NCBI RefSeq assembly: GCF_023555385.1
Contig: NZ_JAJSED010000001.1
Span: 1,964,311 to 2,028,310 of the forward strand
Length of the DNA: 64,000 nucleotides
Reading direction: 5' to 3'
Source of the DNA: Guyparkeria hydrothermalis
Lineage (GTDB): Bacteria > Pseudomonadota > Gammaproteobacteria > Halothiobacillales > Halothiobacillaceae
Position 1 is the first letter of the stretch. Every line of letters starts with the position of its first letter. A program made the position numbers and the translations under genes. Positions 54,087 through 63,356 of this stretch are shown in pieces. Under the pieces are notes generated by a model. The model was not told the origin of the DNA. It saw nothing but the letters and a program-made list of their open reading frames with translations, and ran no database searches.

Positions 54087-56018
54087 ATGCAGCATCCATT
54101 CGACATCAGTGCCGATCATCTCTGCCAGCGTCTGCAGCAGGCGCTGGCCGATTTGGCCGATCTGGGTGAGCCGGTCACGCCAGCTGCCGCCCGGGCGCTC
54201 GATCGTCTGTGTCATGCCGCCTCGGACTCCGACGGAATCGCCGCCGGCCCGCGTGTCGCGGTGGCGCTGGCGGACATCCACGCCGATCTGCCCACCCTAG
54301 TGGCGGCGTTACTGGCCGACCCGGGTCTGGCGGACGATGCCGAGCCTCCGTTCGACCATGCCGTGTTCGAACGTGACAGCCGGGCCGACGTACAGCATCT
54401 GCTTGCTGCGATCGAGCGGATGCGGGGCTGGGAGGCGGATTATCCCGCCCCTCGCTCGGAGCGGCAGCGCGAGTACTGGCGTCGGCTGCTGCTGGCCGGC
54501 GCGCGCGACGCACGTGCGGTCCTGATCGATCTGGCCTACCGGCTGGAAGGCATGCGTGCGCTGGTCGACGAACCGGACGAAGCCGTGCGTCGGCAGTATG
54601 CCGGCATGACGCTGGCGGTCCACGCGCCCATCGCACATCGCCTCGGCCTGGGGCAGGTCAAGTGGGAGCTGGAGGACCTGGCATTCCGTCACCTCGAGCC
54701 GACCACCTACGTCGAGATCGCCCGGTTGCTCGATGAGCGTCGTGCCAGCCGCGAGGCGTACCTGAGCCACATCGAAGGCAAGCTGCAGCACGCGTTGATG
54801 CAGGCCGGCATCCGCGCCGAGGTCTACGGGCGCCCCAAGCACATCTACAGCATCTGGGGGAAGATGCGTCGCAAGCAGCTCTCCTTCGAGGGGCTGTTCG
54901 ACGTGCGCGCCCTGCGGGTGCAGGTCGACTCGGTCACCGACTGCTACGCCGCGCTTTCCGTGGTTCACGAGTTGTTCCGGCCCATCCCGAGCGAGTACGA
55001 CGACTACATCGCCCGTCCCAAGCCCAACGGCTATCAGTCGCTACACACCGCCGTCGAGGCCGACGAAGGCAAGGTGGTGGAGATCCAGATCCGCACCGAG
55101 CGCATGCACGCCTTCGCCGAGTATGGCGTGGCCGCCCATTGGCGCTACAAGGGCGGCGGCGGGGGCGAGAATCCCTTCGACATGCAGGTCGAGTCGTTGC
55201 GTCAAGGCCTGTCGCGCGGCGAGATCCGCCCGCTGGCCGCGCCGATGGTCTACGCCTTTACCCCCGGTGGCGAGCTGGTCGAGCTGCCGGCCGAGGCCAC
55301 GGTGCTCGACTTCGCCTATCGCATCCACACCCATCTGGGTCACCGCTGTCGCGGGGCGAAGGTCAATGGCCAGATCGCGCCGCTCAAGACCCAGGTGGTC
55401 AACGGCGATGTCGTCGAGGTGCTGACACACAAGGAGCCGGCGCCCAGCCGCGAATGGGCACATGCCAAGAGCGGCTTTTTGCGCTCGGCCAGTTCACGGG
55501 CGAAGGTGCGCAACTGGTTCGCGCAGTTCGACCGGGAGGATGCGCGCGAGCGCGGCCGGTTGCATTGCGAGCGTCTTTACCGGCGCTTTTCCATGGATGC
55601 CGAGGCGCGTCGCCGGCTGCTGACCGCCCTCGGGGTGAACAGCGAGGAGCAGTTGTTCCTTGCCGTCGGCAATCATCGCATCGCCACCGAGACGCTGCAG
55701 GCGGCCGCCCGGGCCCAGCTGGGCGCGGATGCCGACCGCTCGGCCCGCCCGCCGCGTCCGGCCGTTGCCGAAAGCGAACTGCCTCCCGAACCGCCGGGCG
55801 GGCGCAGCCTGGTGATCGAGAATCAGTCGATCGACGGGCTCAAGGTCACCCCGGCGAAGTGCTGCCAGCCGCAGCCGGGTGAGCGGGTGATGGCATTCCT
55901 CAGCCGTTCGCAGGGCTACAAGCTGCATCGTCCCGACTGCCGCAACCTCGCCCATCTGGCCGGTTGCTATCCGGAGCGCGTGTTGCCGGTCGAATGGCCC
56001 GAACAGGCGAACGGCTGA
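54087..56018 (+). CDS. relA: GTP pyrophosphokinase RelA ((p)ppGpp synthetase I)
   Basis: Degenerate HD, synthetase domain (RPKHIYSIWGKM...YQSLHT), TGS (VYAFTPGGELVELP), ACT-like C-terminus. Confidence 0.9.
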   Translation: MQHPFDISADHLCQRLQQALADLADLGEPVTPAAARALDRLCHAASDSDGIAAGPRVAVALADIHADLPTLVAALLADPGLADDAEPPFDHAVFERDSRADVQHLLAAIERMRGWEADYPAPRSERQREYWRRLLLAGARDARAVLIDLAYRLEGMRALVDEPDEAVRRQYAGMTLAVHAPIAHRLGLGQVKWELEDLAFRHLEPTTYVEIARLLDERRASREAYLSHIEGKLQHALMQAGIRAEVYGRPKHIYSIWGKMRRKQLSFEGLFDVRALRVQVDSVTDCYAALSVVHELFRPIPSEYDDYIARPKPNGYQSLHTAVEADEGKVVEIQIRTERMHAFAEYGVAAHWRYKGGGGGENPFDMQVESLRQGLSRGEIRPLAAPMVYAFTPGGELVELPAEATVLDFAYRIHTHLGHRCRGAKVNGQIAPLKTQVVNGDVVEVLTHKEPAPSREWAHAKSGFLRSASSRAKVRNWFAQFDREDARERGRLHCERLYRRFSMDAEARRRLLTALGVNSEEQLFLAVGNHRIATETLQAAARAQLGADADRSARPPRPAVAESELPPEPPGGRSLVIENQSIDGLKVTPAKCCQPQPGERVMAFLSRSQGYKLHRPDCRNLAHLAGCYPERVLPVEWPEQANG

Positions 56019-56055
56019 CAGGAAACCGTCATCCGCGACGGTTACCGTGACGGGA

Positions 56056-57258
56056 ATGGACACGCATACATCGTCAGACCCGCTGCATCTTTCCGACATC
56101 ACCATGTTCTGGGGGCCGGCCTCCGGCGGCGTCCGCCGCTATCTCGAGGCCAAGCGCGCCCATCTGGCTGCCCGACCCGACTGCCGACACAGCCTGCTGG
56201 TGCCCGGCCCGTTTCCGGCCTGGTCCGCCGACGGCAACCAGTGGCTGCGTCAGCTGCCGGCCCGTCGTCTGCCGGGAGGCGACGGCTACCGTTTTCCGCT
56301 GCGCATGCGTCCCTGGCGCGAGGCGCTGATCGAACTGGCACCCGACGTGATCGAGGCGGGCGACCCGTACGTCACCGCGCAGGCGGCGCTGGCCGCCGGG
56401 CGCCGGCTGGACGTGCCGGTGGCGGGGTTCTTCCATTCCGATCTGTCGCGGTTGCTCGCACTGCGGCTTGGCGACTGGGTGCGCCCGCTCTCGTCGCGCT
56501 ACCTCGCGCGGCTGTACGACCGTTTCGACTGGATGTTCGCGCCCAGCGAGGTGATGGCCGAGCAACTCGCCGACATGGGCGTGCACCACGTCAGCGTGCA
56601 GCGTCTGGGCGTGGATACAACCGTGTTCCGGCCCTCGGCGGCCAACCCGGCGTTGCGTCAGGCGCTGGGAGTGCCGCGTGACGGGCGGCTGCTGGTCTTT
56701 GCCGGGCGGAACTCGCGCGAGAAGCATGTCGACCAGCTCATCGAAACGCTCGACCGCCTCGATGAGCGCTACTATCTGCTGTTGATCGGCGCCGGCATGC
56801 CCTCAAGCGGCCATCCGCGTCTGCGGGTGGTCGACTACGTACGCGACGAGCATGCGTTGGCCGCCTATCTCTCATCGAGTGACGCCCTGTTGCACGGCGG
56901 CGATGCGGAGACCTTCGGCCTGGTGATCGTCGAGGCGATGGCCTGTGGTCTGCCGGTAGTCGGAGTGCGTGCCGGTGCCACTCCGGAACTGGTGGGCGAG
57001 AGTGTCGGTGAACTGGCCGGGCGGGCCCGTGCTTCCGAACTGGCGCTGGCCGTCCAGCGACTGTTCGAGCGTGACTGGCGAGACCTGGGTGCCGCTGCGC
57101 GGCGGTGCGCCGTACATGCTCACGGCTGGACGCCGCAGTTCGAGCGGCAGCTTGCGCAGTTCTCCCGGCTGGCCGGACGACCGTCGCCTGCTGAGTCGCC
57201 TTGCGCCCCGGTCGCATTGCCGGAGCCGGGGTTCAGCCCATCAGCGCCGCACTCTTGA
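56056..57258 (+). CDS. GT4-family glycosyltransferase
   Basis: C-terminal E-x7-E region (ETFGLVIVEAMACGLPVV); 3' end overlaps convergent modC by 26 nt. Confidence 0.65.
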   Translation: MDTHTSSDPLHLSDITMFWGPASGGVRRYLEAKRAHLAARPDCRHSLLVPGPFPAWSADGNQWLRQLPARRLPGGDGYRFPLRMRPWREALIELAPDVIEAGDPYVTAQAALAAGRRLDVPVAGFFHSDLSRLLALRLGDWVRPLSSRYLARLYDRFDWMFAPSEVMAEQLADMGVHHVSVQRLGVDTTVFRPSAANPALRQALGVPRDGRLLVFAGRNSREKHVDQLIETLDRLDERYYLLLIGAGMPSSGHPRLRVVDYVRDEHALAAYLSSSDALLHGGDAETFGLVIVEAMACGLPVVGVRAGATPELVGESVGELAGRARASELALAVQRLFERDWRDLGAAARRCAVHAHGWTPQFERQLAQFSRLAGRPSPAESPCAPVALPEPGFSPSAPHS

Positions 57259-58330
57259 TCAACGCCGTGATCGGCTGACCGGGCGCGAGTCCCAGGCGAT
57301 CGACCGTGTGTGCGGTGATCTCGCTCACCAGCCGTTGTCCGTCGGCCAGTTCGAGGAACACCGCCGCCCGCCCCGGGGCGCTGGCCTCCATGCGTTCGAT
57401 CCGGCAGGCCACCTGGTTCTGCACCGAAATGTCCTCCACCGGCCCGCGCGCCAGCGCCACGTCGTCGCCGCGTACGCGCAGCCGGCGTGGCCCGGTATTC
57501 GTCGGCCGCCCGTCATGGGTGAGCCACAGCGTGACGGGGTTGCCGGCCTCCGTGAGGGGGCGACTGACGAAGTGCAGCCGGTGGGGATCGTCGGCCACCG
57601 GCTCGAGATGACCCTCCAGCGAGGCGACCGGCCCTTCCTCGGTGAACAGCGGCGAGTCGGCCCGGCCGAGCGCTTCGCGCAGGGTCTCGACCCGCTCGAC
57701 CCGCCCCTTGCTCATGAACACCACCCGGTCGGCCAGGCGTTCGACCTCCTGCGGGGCGTGGGTGATCAGCAGCGTCGGAATGCCCAGATCGCGGATCACC
57801 GATTCGAACAGTTCGAGCAGCTCGGCCTTGGCGCGCCAGTCGAGCGCGGCGAGCGGCTCGTCCATCATCAGCACGCGCGGTTGGCCGGCCAGTGCCCGGG
57901 CGATGGCGACCCGCTGGCGCTCGCCTCCGGAGAGGTTGCCGACCGCCCGGTCGAGCAGCGGCTCGATGCCGGTACGGATGACGATCTCGTCATGATCGAT
58001 GCCGGCGTGGCGATCGGCCGGGGCGCGGCTGGCGGCGAAGTCGAGATTGCCGCGCACCGTGCGGTTGGCAAGCAGGGCGGCGTGCTGGAAGACCATGCCG
58101 ATGTCGCGCCGCTCGGCTGGCAAGGCGCGGCGTCCGTCCTGCCAGGTCTCGTCGTGAAAACGCAGCTGCCCGCGGGTGTGCCGGTCGAGTCCCGCCATGG
58201 CGCGCAGCAGCGTGCTCTTGCCCGAGCCCGAGCGTCCGAACAGGGCGGTCACGCCCGCCGAATCAAAGGCGAACGGGCCCGAATCCAGTCGGAAGTCGCC
58301 CAGTGTCAGTGACAGGTTTCCTTCGAACAT
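57233..58330 (-). CDS. modC: molybdate ABC transporter ATP-binding protein ModC
   Basis: Walker [19 protein letters not shown]-terminal TOBE/Mop domain. Confidence 0.85.
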   Translation of the reverse strand: MFEGNLSLTLGDFRLDSGPFAFDSAGVTALFGRSGSGKSTLLRAMAGLDRHTRGQLRFHDETWQDGRRALPAERRDIGMVFQHAALLANRTVRGNLDFAASRAPADRHAGIDHDEIVIRTGIEPLLDRAVGNLSGGERQRVAIARALAGQPRVLMMDEPLAALDWRAKAELLELFESVIRDLGIPTLLITHAPQEVERLADRVVFMSKGRVERVETLREALGRADSPLFTEEGPVASLEGHLEPVADDPHRLHFVSRPLTEAGNPVTLWLTHDGRPTNTGPRRLRVRGDDVALARGPVEDISVQNQVACRIERMEASAPGRAAVFLELADGQRLVSEITAHTVDRLGLAPGQPITALIKSAALMG

Positions 58331-58334
58331 TGGC

Positions 58335-59027
58335 CTATCCGAGTCGTGCCGACAGGCGGCGATTGATCAGGTAGACGGAGACCAGCGTGACGAACGAGAA
58401 CAGCACCATGACCGCCGAGAGCAGGTGGGCCTGGGCGTACTCGAACGACTCGACGTGATCGAAGATCGCGATCGAGACCAGTCGCGTCTGGCCCTCGATA
58501 TTGCCGCCCACCATCAGCACCACGCCGAACTCGCCTACCGTGTGGGCGAAGGTGAGCACCGCGCCAACGACCAGCCCCTGGCGCGACAACGGCAGCACCA
58601 CGTTGACGAAGCGGTCGACTGCCCCGGCGCGCATCAGCCGCGCGGCATCCAGCACCTCATCGGGCAGCGACTGGAAGGCGCTCATCAGCGGCTGGACCAT
58701 GAACGGCAGCGAGAACAGTACCGAGCCGATCACCAGTCCGGCGAGATTGAAGGTCAGCTGGCCCTCGAAACCGAACACACCGAGCAGATCGGTGACCGGC
58801 CCGGCAGGCCCCAGCGCAATGATCAGATAGAAGCCCAGCACCGTCGGAGGCAGCACCAGCGGCAGCGAGACCAGCGCCTCGAGGAGCACCCGCCAGCGCG
58901 AACGCATCCGGGCAAGCCACCACGCCAGCGGGATGCCGATGACGGCCAGCATCAGTGTCGTCAGGGTGGCCACCTGGAGGGTCAACCAGATCGGGTGGGT
59001 GTCGAGGGGAATACCGAACAGGGTCAT
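58335..59027 (-). CDS. modB: molybdate ABC transporter permease ModB
   Basis: CysTW-type EAA loop region, 5-6 TM; position between modA and modC. Confidence 0.85.
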   Translation of the reverse strand: MTLFGIPLDTHPIWLTLQVATLTTLMLAVIGIPLAWWLARMRSRWRVLLEALVSLPLVLPPTVLGFYLIIALGPAGPVTDLLGVFGFEGQLTFNLAGLVIGSVLFSLPFMVQPLMSAFQSLPDEVLDAARLMRAGAVDRFVNVVLPLSRQGLVVGAVLTFAHTVGEFGVVLMVGGNIEGQTRLVSIAIFDHVESFEYAQAHLLSAVMVLFSFVTLVSVYLINRRLSARLG

Positions 59028-59055
59028 TGCCTAACTCTTTGCTGAGCGGGCCGGG

Positions 59056-59817
59056 TCAAGGCACATCGTAGCCGAAGCGGCGGATGATCTCGGCGGCCGT
59101 CTCCCCCCGGACAAAGGCCAGGAAGTCGTCGACCACCTCGGGATGCCTGCTGCGGGTCAGCGCCACCGCCCCCTGGCGGATCGGATCGTAATCCTCGGTC
59201 GGCGGCATCCAGATATGGCCCTTGTCTTTCACCGGGCTGTCCGGGTCCTGAAGCTGCGACAGGGCGACAAAGCCCAGCTGGGCATTGCCGGTGGCGGCGA
59301 ACTGGAAGGCCTGGCCGATGCTCTCGCCCTGCACGATCCGCCCCGCCGTCTTGAGCCGTTCGTACAGATTGCGCTGTTCCAGCACCTGCTTTGCCGCCGC
59401 CCCGTAGGGCGCGGCCTTGGGGTTGGCCATCGCCAGGTGGCGGTAATCGCCGTCAGCGAGGATCGCCTCGGCGTTCTCGTCGACCGGCAGGGTAGCGCTG
59501 TAGAGCGCGAGCTTGCCGCCGGCGTAGACGAAGAAGTCGCGCGCCTCGCCAGCCTCGACCAGGATCTGCGGCCGACGGGTGTCGGCAGAGAAGTAGGCGT
59601 CGAACGGTGCGCCGTGCTGGATCTGGGCCAGCAGCTTGCCCGACGGGCCGAAGGCGAAGCGCACCTCGTGACCGCTCTGCGCCTCCCAGGCCGCGCCGAT
59701 CGCCTCGGCCGTCTTGGTGAAGTTCGCCGCCACCGCCACGGTGATGGTCTCCGCCCGGGCGAGGCCGGCCCACAGGAGTGCGCCAAGCAGGGCGATGATG
59801 CGGGTCGTTCTGGTCAT
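59056..59817 (-). CDS. modA: molybdate-binding periplasmic protein ModA
   Basis: Signal peptide, type II periplasmic binding fold with ModA-like motifs. Confidence 0.85.
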   Translation of the reverse strand: MTRTTRIIALLGALLWAGLARAETITVAVAANFTKTAEAIGAAWEAQSGHEVRFAFGPSGKLLAQIQHGAPFDAYFSADTRRPQILVEAGEARDFFVYAGGKLALYSATLPVDENAEAILADGDYRHLAMANPKAAPYGAAAKQVLEQRNLYERLKTAGRIVQGESIGQAFQFAATGNAQLGFVALSQLQDPDSPVKDKGHIWMPPTEDYDPIRQGAVALTRSRHPEVVDDFLAFVRGETAAEIIRRFGYDVP

Positions 59818-59892
59818 GGGTGGATGCCTTCGATGTGTTGTCCGCTATATCTCGACGAGCGCGGCCAAGCCGCGGGTAGGCGGGTCGTCCGC

Positions 59893-60696
59893 TCAGTCGT
59901 CGACGCCTAGGATCACGTGGCTGGCCTTGATCTGGGTGCACGTCTCGCCGCCCTCGCGCAGGCCCAGGGCCTCGATGCTGGCGTTAGTCACCACGGCGGT
60001 CAGGCGTGCGCCGCCGGGCAGGGCGACCATCACCTCGCTGTTGACCGCGCCGGTCTCGATCCGCTCGATCGTGCCGCAGAGATGATTGCGCGCCGAGGTG
60101 CGCGAGCCGGCATCGCTCAGGAGCACGAAGCTCGACTTGATCAGTGCGTGTACCGGACGGCCCTCGGCCAGCGCCATCTCCTCGGCGCTGTGGCGCGTGA
60201 TCACCGCGACCAGCTCGTCGCCACCGGCAAGCGTCACGACCACCTCGCTGTTCACCGCCCCCGGCGTGACGGTCTTCACCCGCCCGGCGAGCGCGTTTCG
60301 GGCACTGGTCTTCATCCGGATCCTCCGCAGCTGGTCCAGGTCTTCGCCCAGCTCGTTGCGGTCGAACAGCTCGAGCAGTTCGCGCTGCATCGCCTTCAGT
60401 CGCCGCCAGGCGGCCAGCAGTCGCCGGCCTTCCTCGGTCAGCTCCGCCCCGCCGCCGCGGCTGCCGCCATGGCGGGTCGCCACCAGCGGTCGTTCGGCGA
60501 GGTTGTTGATCGCGTCGACCGCGTCCCAGGCCGCCTTGTAGGTCATGCCAATCGAGCGGGCCGCGCCGCTGATCGAGCCGGTCTGTTCGAGCGCGGCCAG
60601 CAGTCGCAGGCGGCGATCCGAGATCTCGCCCGTGCCCAGCTTCAGTCCCAGCGAGCCGGTGAACGAAGCGTTATGTTTTTCACTATATATCGACAT
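59893..60696 (-). CDS. modE: molybdenum-dependent transcriptional regulator ModE
   Basis: N-terminal wHTH (LRLLAALEQTGSISGAARSIGMTYKAAW) plus two TOBE/Mop repeats (VNSEVVVTL..., VNSEVMVAL...); start at ATG 60696 inside long spurious ORF. Confidence 0.85.
   Translation of the reverse strand: MSIYSEKHNASFTGSLGLKLGTGEISDRRLRLLAALEQTGSISGAARSIGMTYKAAWDAVDAINNLAERPLVATRHGGSRGGGAELTEEGRRLLAAWRRLKAMQRELLELFDRNELGEDLDQLRRIRMKTSARNALAGRVKTVTPGAVNSEVVVTLAGGDELVAVITRHSAEEMALAEGRPVHALIKSSFVLLSDAGSRTSARNHLCGTIERIETGAVNSEVMVALPGGARLTAVVTNASIEALGLREGGETCTQIKASHVILGVDD
60668..60693 (-). promoter_or_regulatory. candidate ModE operator (ModE-box-like inverted TATAT element) overlapping modE start
   Basis: Minus-strand reading CGATATATA-gtgaaaaa-CATAACG resembles the E. 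coli modA operator CGTTATAT...TACATAACG as remembered; lies in codons 2-10 of modE. Confidence 0.3.
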
Positions 60697-60758
60697 GCGG
60701 GCAGTGACAACGAGTGTGCTGGTAGCCGTGATGGTACCCGCCCCGGCGCGCGAGGCGG

Positions 60759-62213
60759 TTAGTGCGAGTCGTCCTTGATCTGCTGGAAGGCGTCCAGGGC
60801 GCGCTGGCGGGATGCCTTGAGATCGACGACCGGTTCGGGGTATGTCTCGCCCAGGGTCACCCCGGCATCTTGCAGGGTCGCCGGCTTCGCCTCCCAGGGT
60901 GCGTACAGCGCCTTGTCCGGCAAATCGGCCAGTTCCGGCACCCAGTGACGGATGAAGCTGCCTTCCGGGTCGAACTTCTCGCCCTGCAGCACCGGGTTGA
61001 AGATGCGGAAATAGGGTGCGGCGTCCGCGCCGCTGCCGGCGACCCACTGCCAGCCGGCGGTGTTGCTGGGGAGATCCGCGTCGACCAGCGTGTCCATGAA
61101 CCAGTCCGCGCCGTGCCGCCAGTCGACCAGGCAGTTCTTGGTCAGGAACGAGGCGACGATCATTCGGGCGCGGTTGTGCATCCAGCCGGTGGCCCACAGC
61201 GCGCGCATGGCGGCATCGACCACCGGGATGCCCGTCTGCCCGCGTTGCCACGCGGCGAGGACGTCCGGGTCGTTTTCCCAGGGCAGGGCATCGAAGCGGG
61301 CGTCGAGATTCTCTCGCTCGGTCTGAGGGAAGTGGTAGATGAGATTGGCGGCAAACTCGCGCCAGCCGATCTCGCGCAGGAACGCCTCGGTGCCCGCTTC
61401 CTCCAGCGCCTCGGGATGCTCGGCCCGCACCCGCGCGACGACCTGGCGCGGGGAGATCTCTCCGAAGTGCAGGTGCGGCGAGAGTCGCGAGGTGCCGTCG
61501 AGGTCCATGCGGTTACGGGTTTCGTGGTAGCGGTCGACCTCGTCGAGGAAGGTCTCGAACCGGTCCCAGGCGCCGCTCTCGCCGGGCGTCCACCAGTCGG
61601 AGAAATCGTCGGCCCAGCCGAGCGTCGGCAGCAGGTCGAGTGCGTCGACCGTTTCGCTTTCGATGTGTCCGGGCACCGCCTCGAGACGCTCCGGTTCCGG
61701 CAGCACGTCCTGGTCGATACCCGCGGCGAGCAGTGCCTTCCAGTACGGCGTGAATACCTTGTAGGGCTTGGCCTGCTTGTTGAGCACGTTCCAGGGTTCG
61801 TGCAGGTAATTGCCGTTGAACGACTGCACGGCCAGCCCCGTCTCGCGCAGCGCCTGCTTGACCTCGCGGTCGGTGGCGATGCCGGCCGGTTCGAGACGCC
61901 GGTTCCAGTGCACGCTTGCGGCACCGGCTTGCTCGGCCAGTTCGCGCAGCACGGTCGCCGGCTCGCCGCGGCGAACCAGCAGGCGGCTGCCCTTGTCCCG
62001 CAGGGAGCGATCGAGTGCGACCAGACTGTGATGCAGCCACCAGCGGCTTGCCCCGCCGGCATGAAAGCCGTCATGGCGGGTCGTTCGACGGCTATCGGTC
62101 GGTGCGATGTATATGGGTATGATGGGCCCGGCAGCGAGCGCCCGCGTTAGAGCGGGGTTGTCGGCCAGGCGCAGGTCCTGGCGAAACCAGACGATCGTGG
62201 GAGTGACGGACAT
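60759..62213 (-). CDS. phr: deoxyribodipyrimidine photolyase (class I CPD)
   Basis: N-terminal photolyase alpha/beta domain (IVWFRQDLRLADNPAL), FAD-binding C-terminal (GWMHNRARMIVASFLTK, WQWVAG). Confidence 0.9.
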   Translation of the reverse strand: MSVTPTIVWFRQDLRLADNPALTRALAAGPIIPIYIAPTDSRRTTRHDGFHAGGASRWWLHHSLVALDRSLRDKGSRLLVRRGEPATVLRELAEQAGAASVHWNRRLEPAGIATDREVKQALRETGLAVQSFNGNYLHEPWNVLNKQAKPYKVFTPYWKALLAAGIDQDVLPEPERLEAVPGHIESETVDALDLLPTLGWADDFSDWWTPGESGAWDRFETFLDEVDRYHETRNRMDLDGTSRLSPHLHFGEISPRQVVARVRAEHPEALEEAGTEAFLREIGWREFAANLIYHFPQTERENLDARFDALPWENDPDVLAAWQRGQTGIPVVDAAMRALWATGWMHNRARMIVASFLTKNCLVDWRHGADWFMDTLVDADLPSNTAGWQWVAGSGADAAPYFRIFNPVLQGEKFDPEGSFIRHWVPELADLPDKALYAPWEAKPATLQDAGVTLGETYPEPVVDLKASRQRALDAFQQIKDDSH

Positions 62214-62240
62214 GGACGATTCGATGGGCTCTGGACGGGG

Positions 62241-63356
62241 ATGCGGCCGGTGAGTATGGCAAAGCTTTTCGCGATTGCCCGTGCCGCGCTGACGGCATTG
62301 GTCCTGCTGTCACTGGCCCCGTCTGCCGCCGCGGCATCCGAGAAGCCACCGGTGGTGCTGGTGGCCCCGCTCGCCGACGGTGTAGAACCGCGCCCGCCGC
62401 TGGTGGGCAGCGTGGTTGCCGAGACGAATGCCGCCATCGGTTTCCAGGCGGCGGGACGCATCAGCGAGCGGTTGGTGCGGCGTGGCGAACGGGTCGAGCA
62501 GGATCAGCCGCTCGCCCGGCTGGACGAGCGCGACCTGACCGCACGGGTCGACTCGGCGCGTGCCGCACTTGAGCAGGCGCGAGCCGACGCCCGCCTCGCC
62601 GAGCAAGAGCTCGAACGCATCCGCAAGCTGTTCGAGCAGAAGGTCGCCAGTCGTCAGTCCCTCGATCAGGCCGAGTCCCGGGCCCAGGCAACCCGCTCGC
62701 GGGTGGCCAGCGCTGAGGCGCAACTGACCGAGGCCAGGAATGCGTTGGACTATGCCTCGCTGGCCGCGCCCTTCGACGGGGTAGTCACAGGCCTTAGTGC
62801 CGACGTCGGTGACGTGGTCGCCGCCGGCCAACCGGTGATCCGCCTAGCGGCCAATGAGGGCCGTCTGGTCGAGGTGGCCGTGCCCGAGCGCCGCCGTGCC
62901 GATCTCGCCGAGCAGGCGCAGGCAAGGCTGGAGGCCGACGGCACGACCGTCGAGACGACGCTCGACACGATCAGCGGCGCGGCAGACCCGGTCAGCCGCA
63001 GCTATGCTGCCCGTTACCGGCTACCGGAGCCGGCCGCGGACATGACACCGTGGTCGCTCGGCCAGACCGCCATTCTCTCGTTCGCCGAGGAAGGGGCGCG
63101 TCACCAGCGCGTGCCGGTCGGGGCGGTCTTTGGTCGCGACGACCAGCCGCGGGTGTTCCGCGTGGTCGACGCGCGGTTGGAGGCCGTGGCCGTGACGGTG
63201 CGCCGCATCGAGGTCGACCATGCCTTGATCGACTCCGAGTTGCCGGCCGGCACGCTGGTGGTGATCGCCGGGGTCAATCGCCTCCATGACGGCCAGGCCG
63301 TCCGTGTGCGCCGTGGCGATGAGGTCGCCGCCGGCGCCGGGGGTAGTGCTCCTTGA
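62241..63356 (+). CDS. RND efflux membrane-fusion (periplasmic adaptor) protein
   Basis: Signal/lipobox-like N-terminus, coiled-coil hairpin (ARVDSARAALEQARADARLAEQELERIRKL), beta-barrel C-terminal. Confidence 0.8.
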   Translation: MRPVSMAKLFAIARAALTALVLLSLAPSAAAASEKPPVVLVAPLADGVEPRPPLVGSVVAETNAAIGFQAAGRISERLVRRGERVEQDQPLARLDERDLTARVDSARAALEQARADARLAEQELERIRKLFEQKVASRQSLDQAESRAQATRSRVASAEAQLTEARNALDYASLAAPFDGVVTGLSADVGDVVAAGQPVIRLAANEGRLVEVAVPERRRADLAEQAQARLEADGTTVETTLDTISGAADPVSRSYAARYRLPEPAADMTPWSLGQTAILSFAEEGARHQRVPVGAVFGRDDQPRVFRVVDARLEAVAVTVRRIEVDHALIDSELPAGTLVVIAGVNRLHDGQAVRVRRGDEVAAGAGGSAP

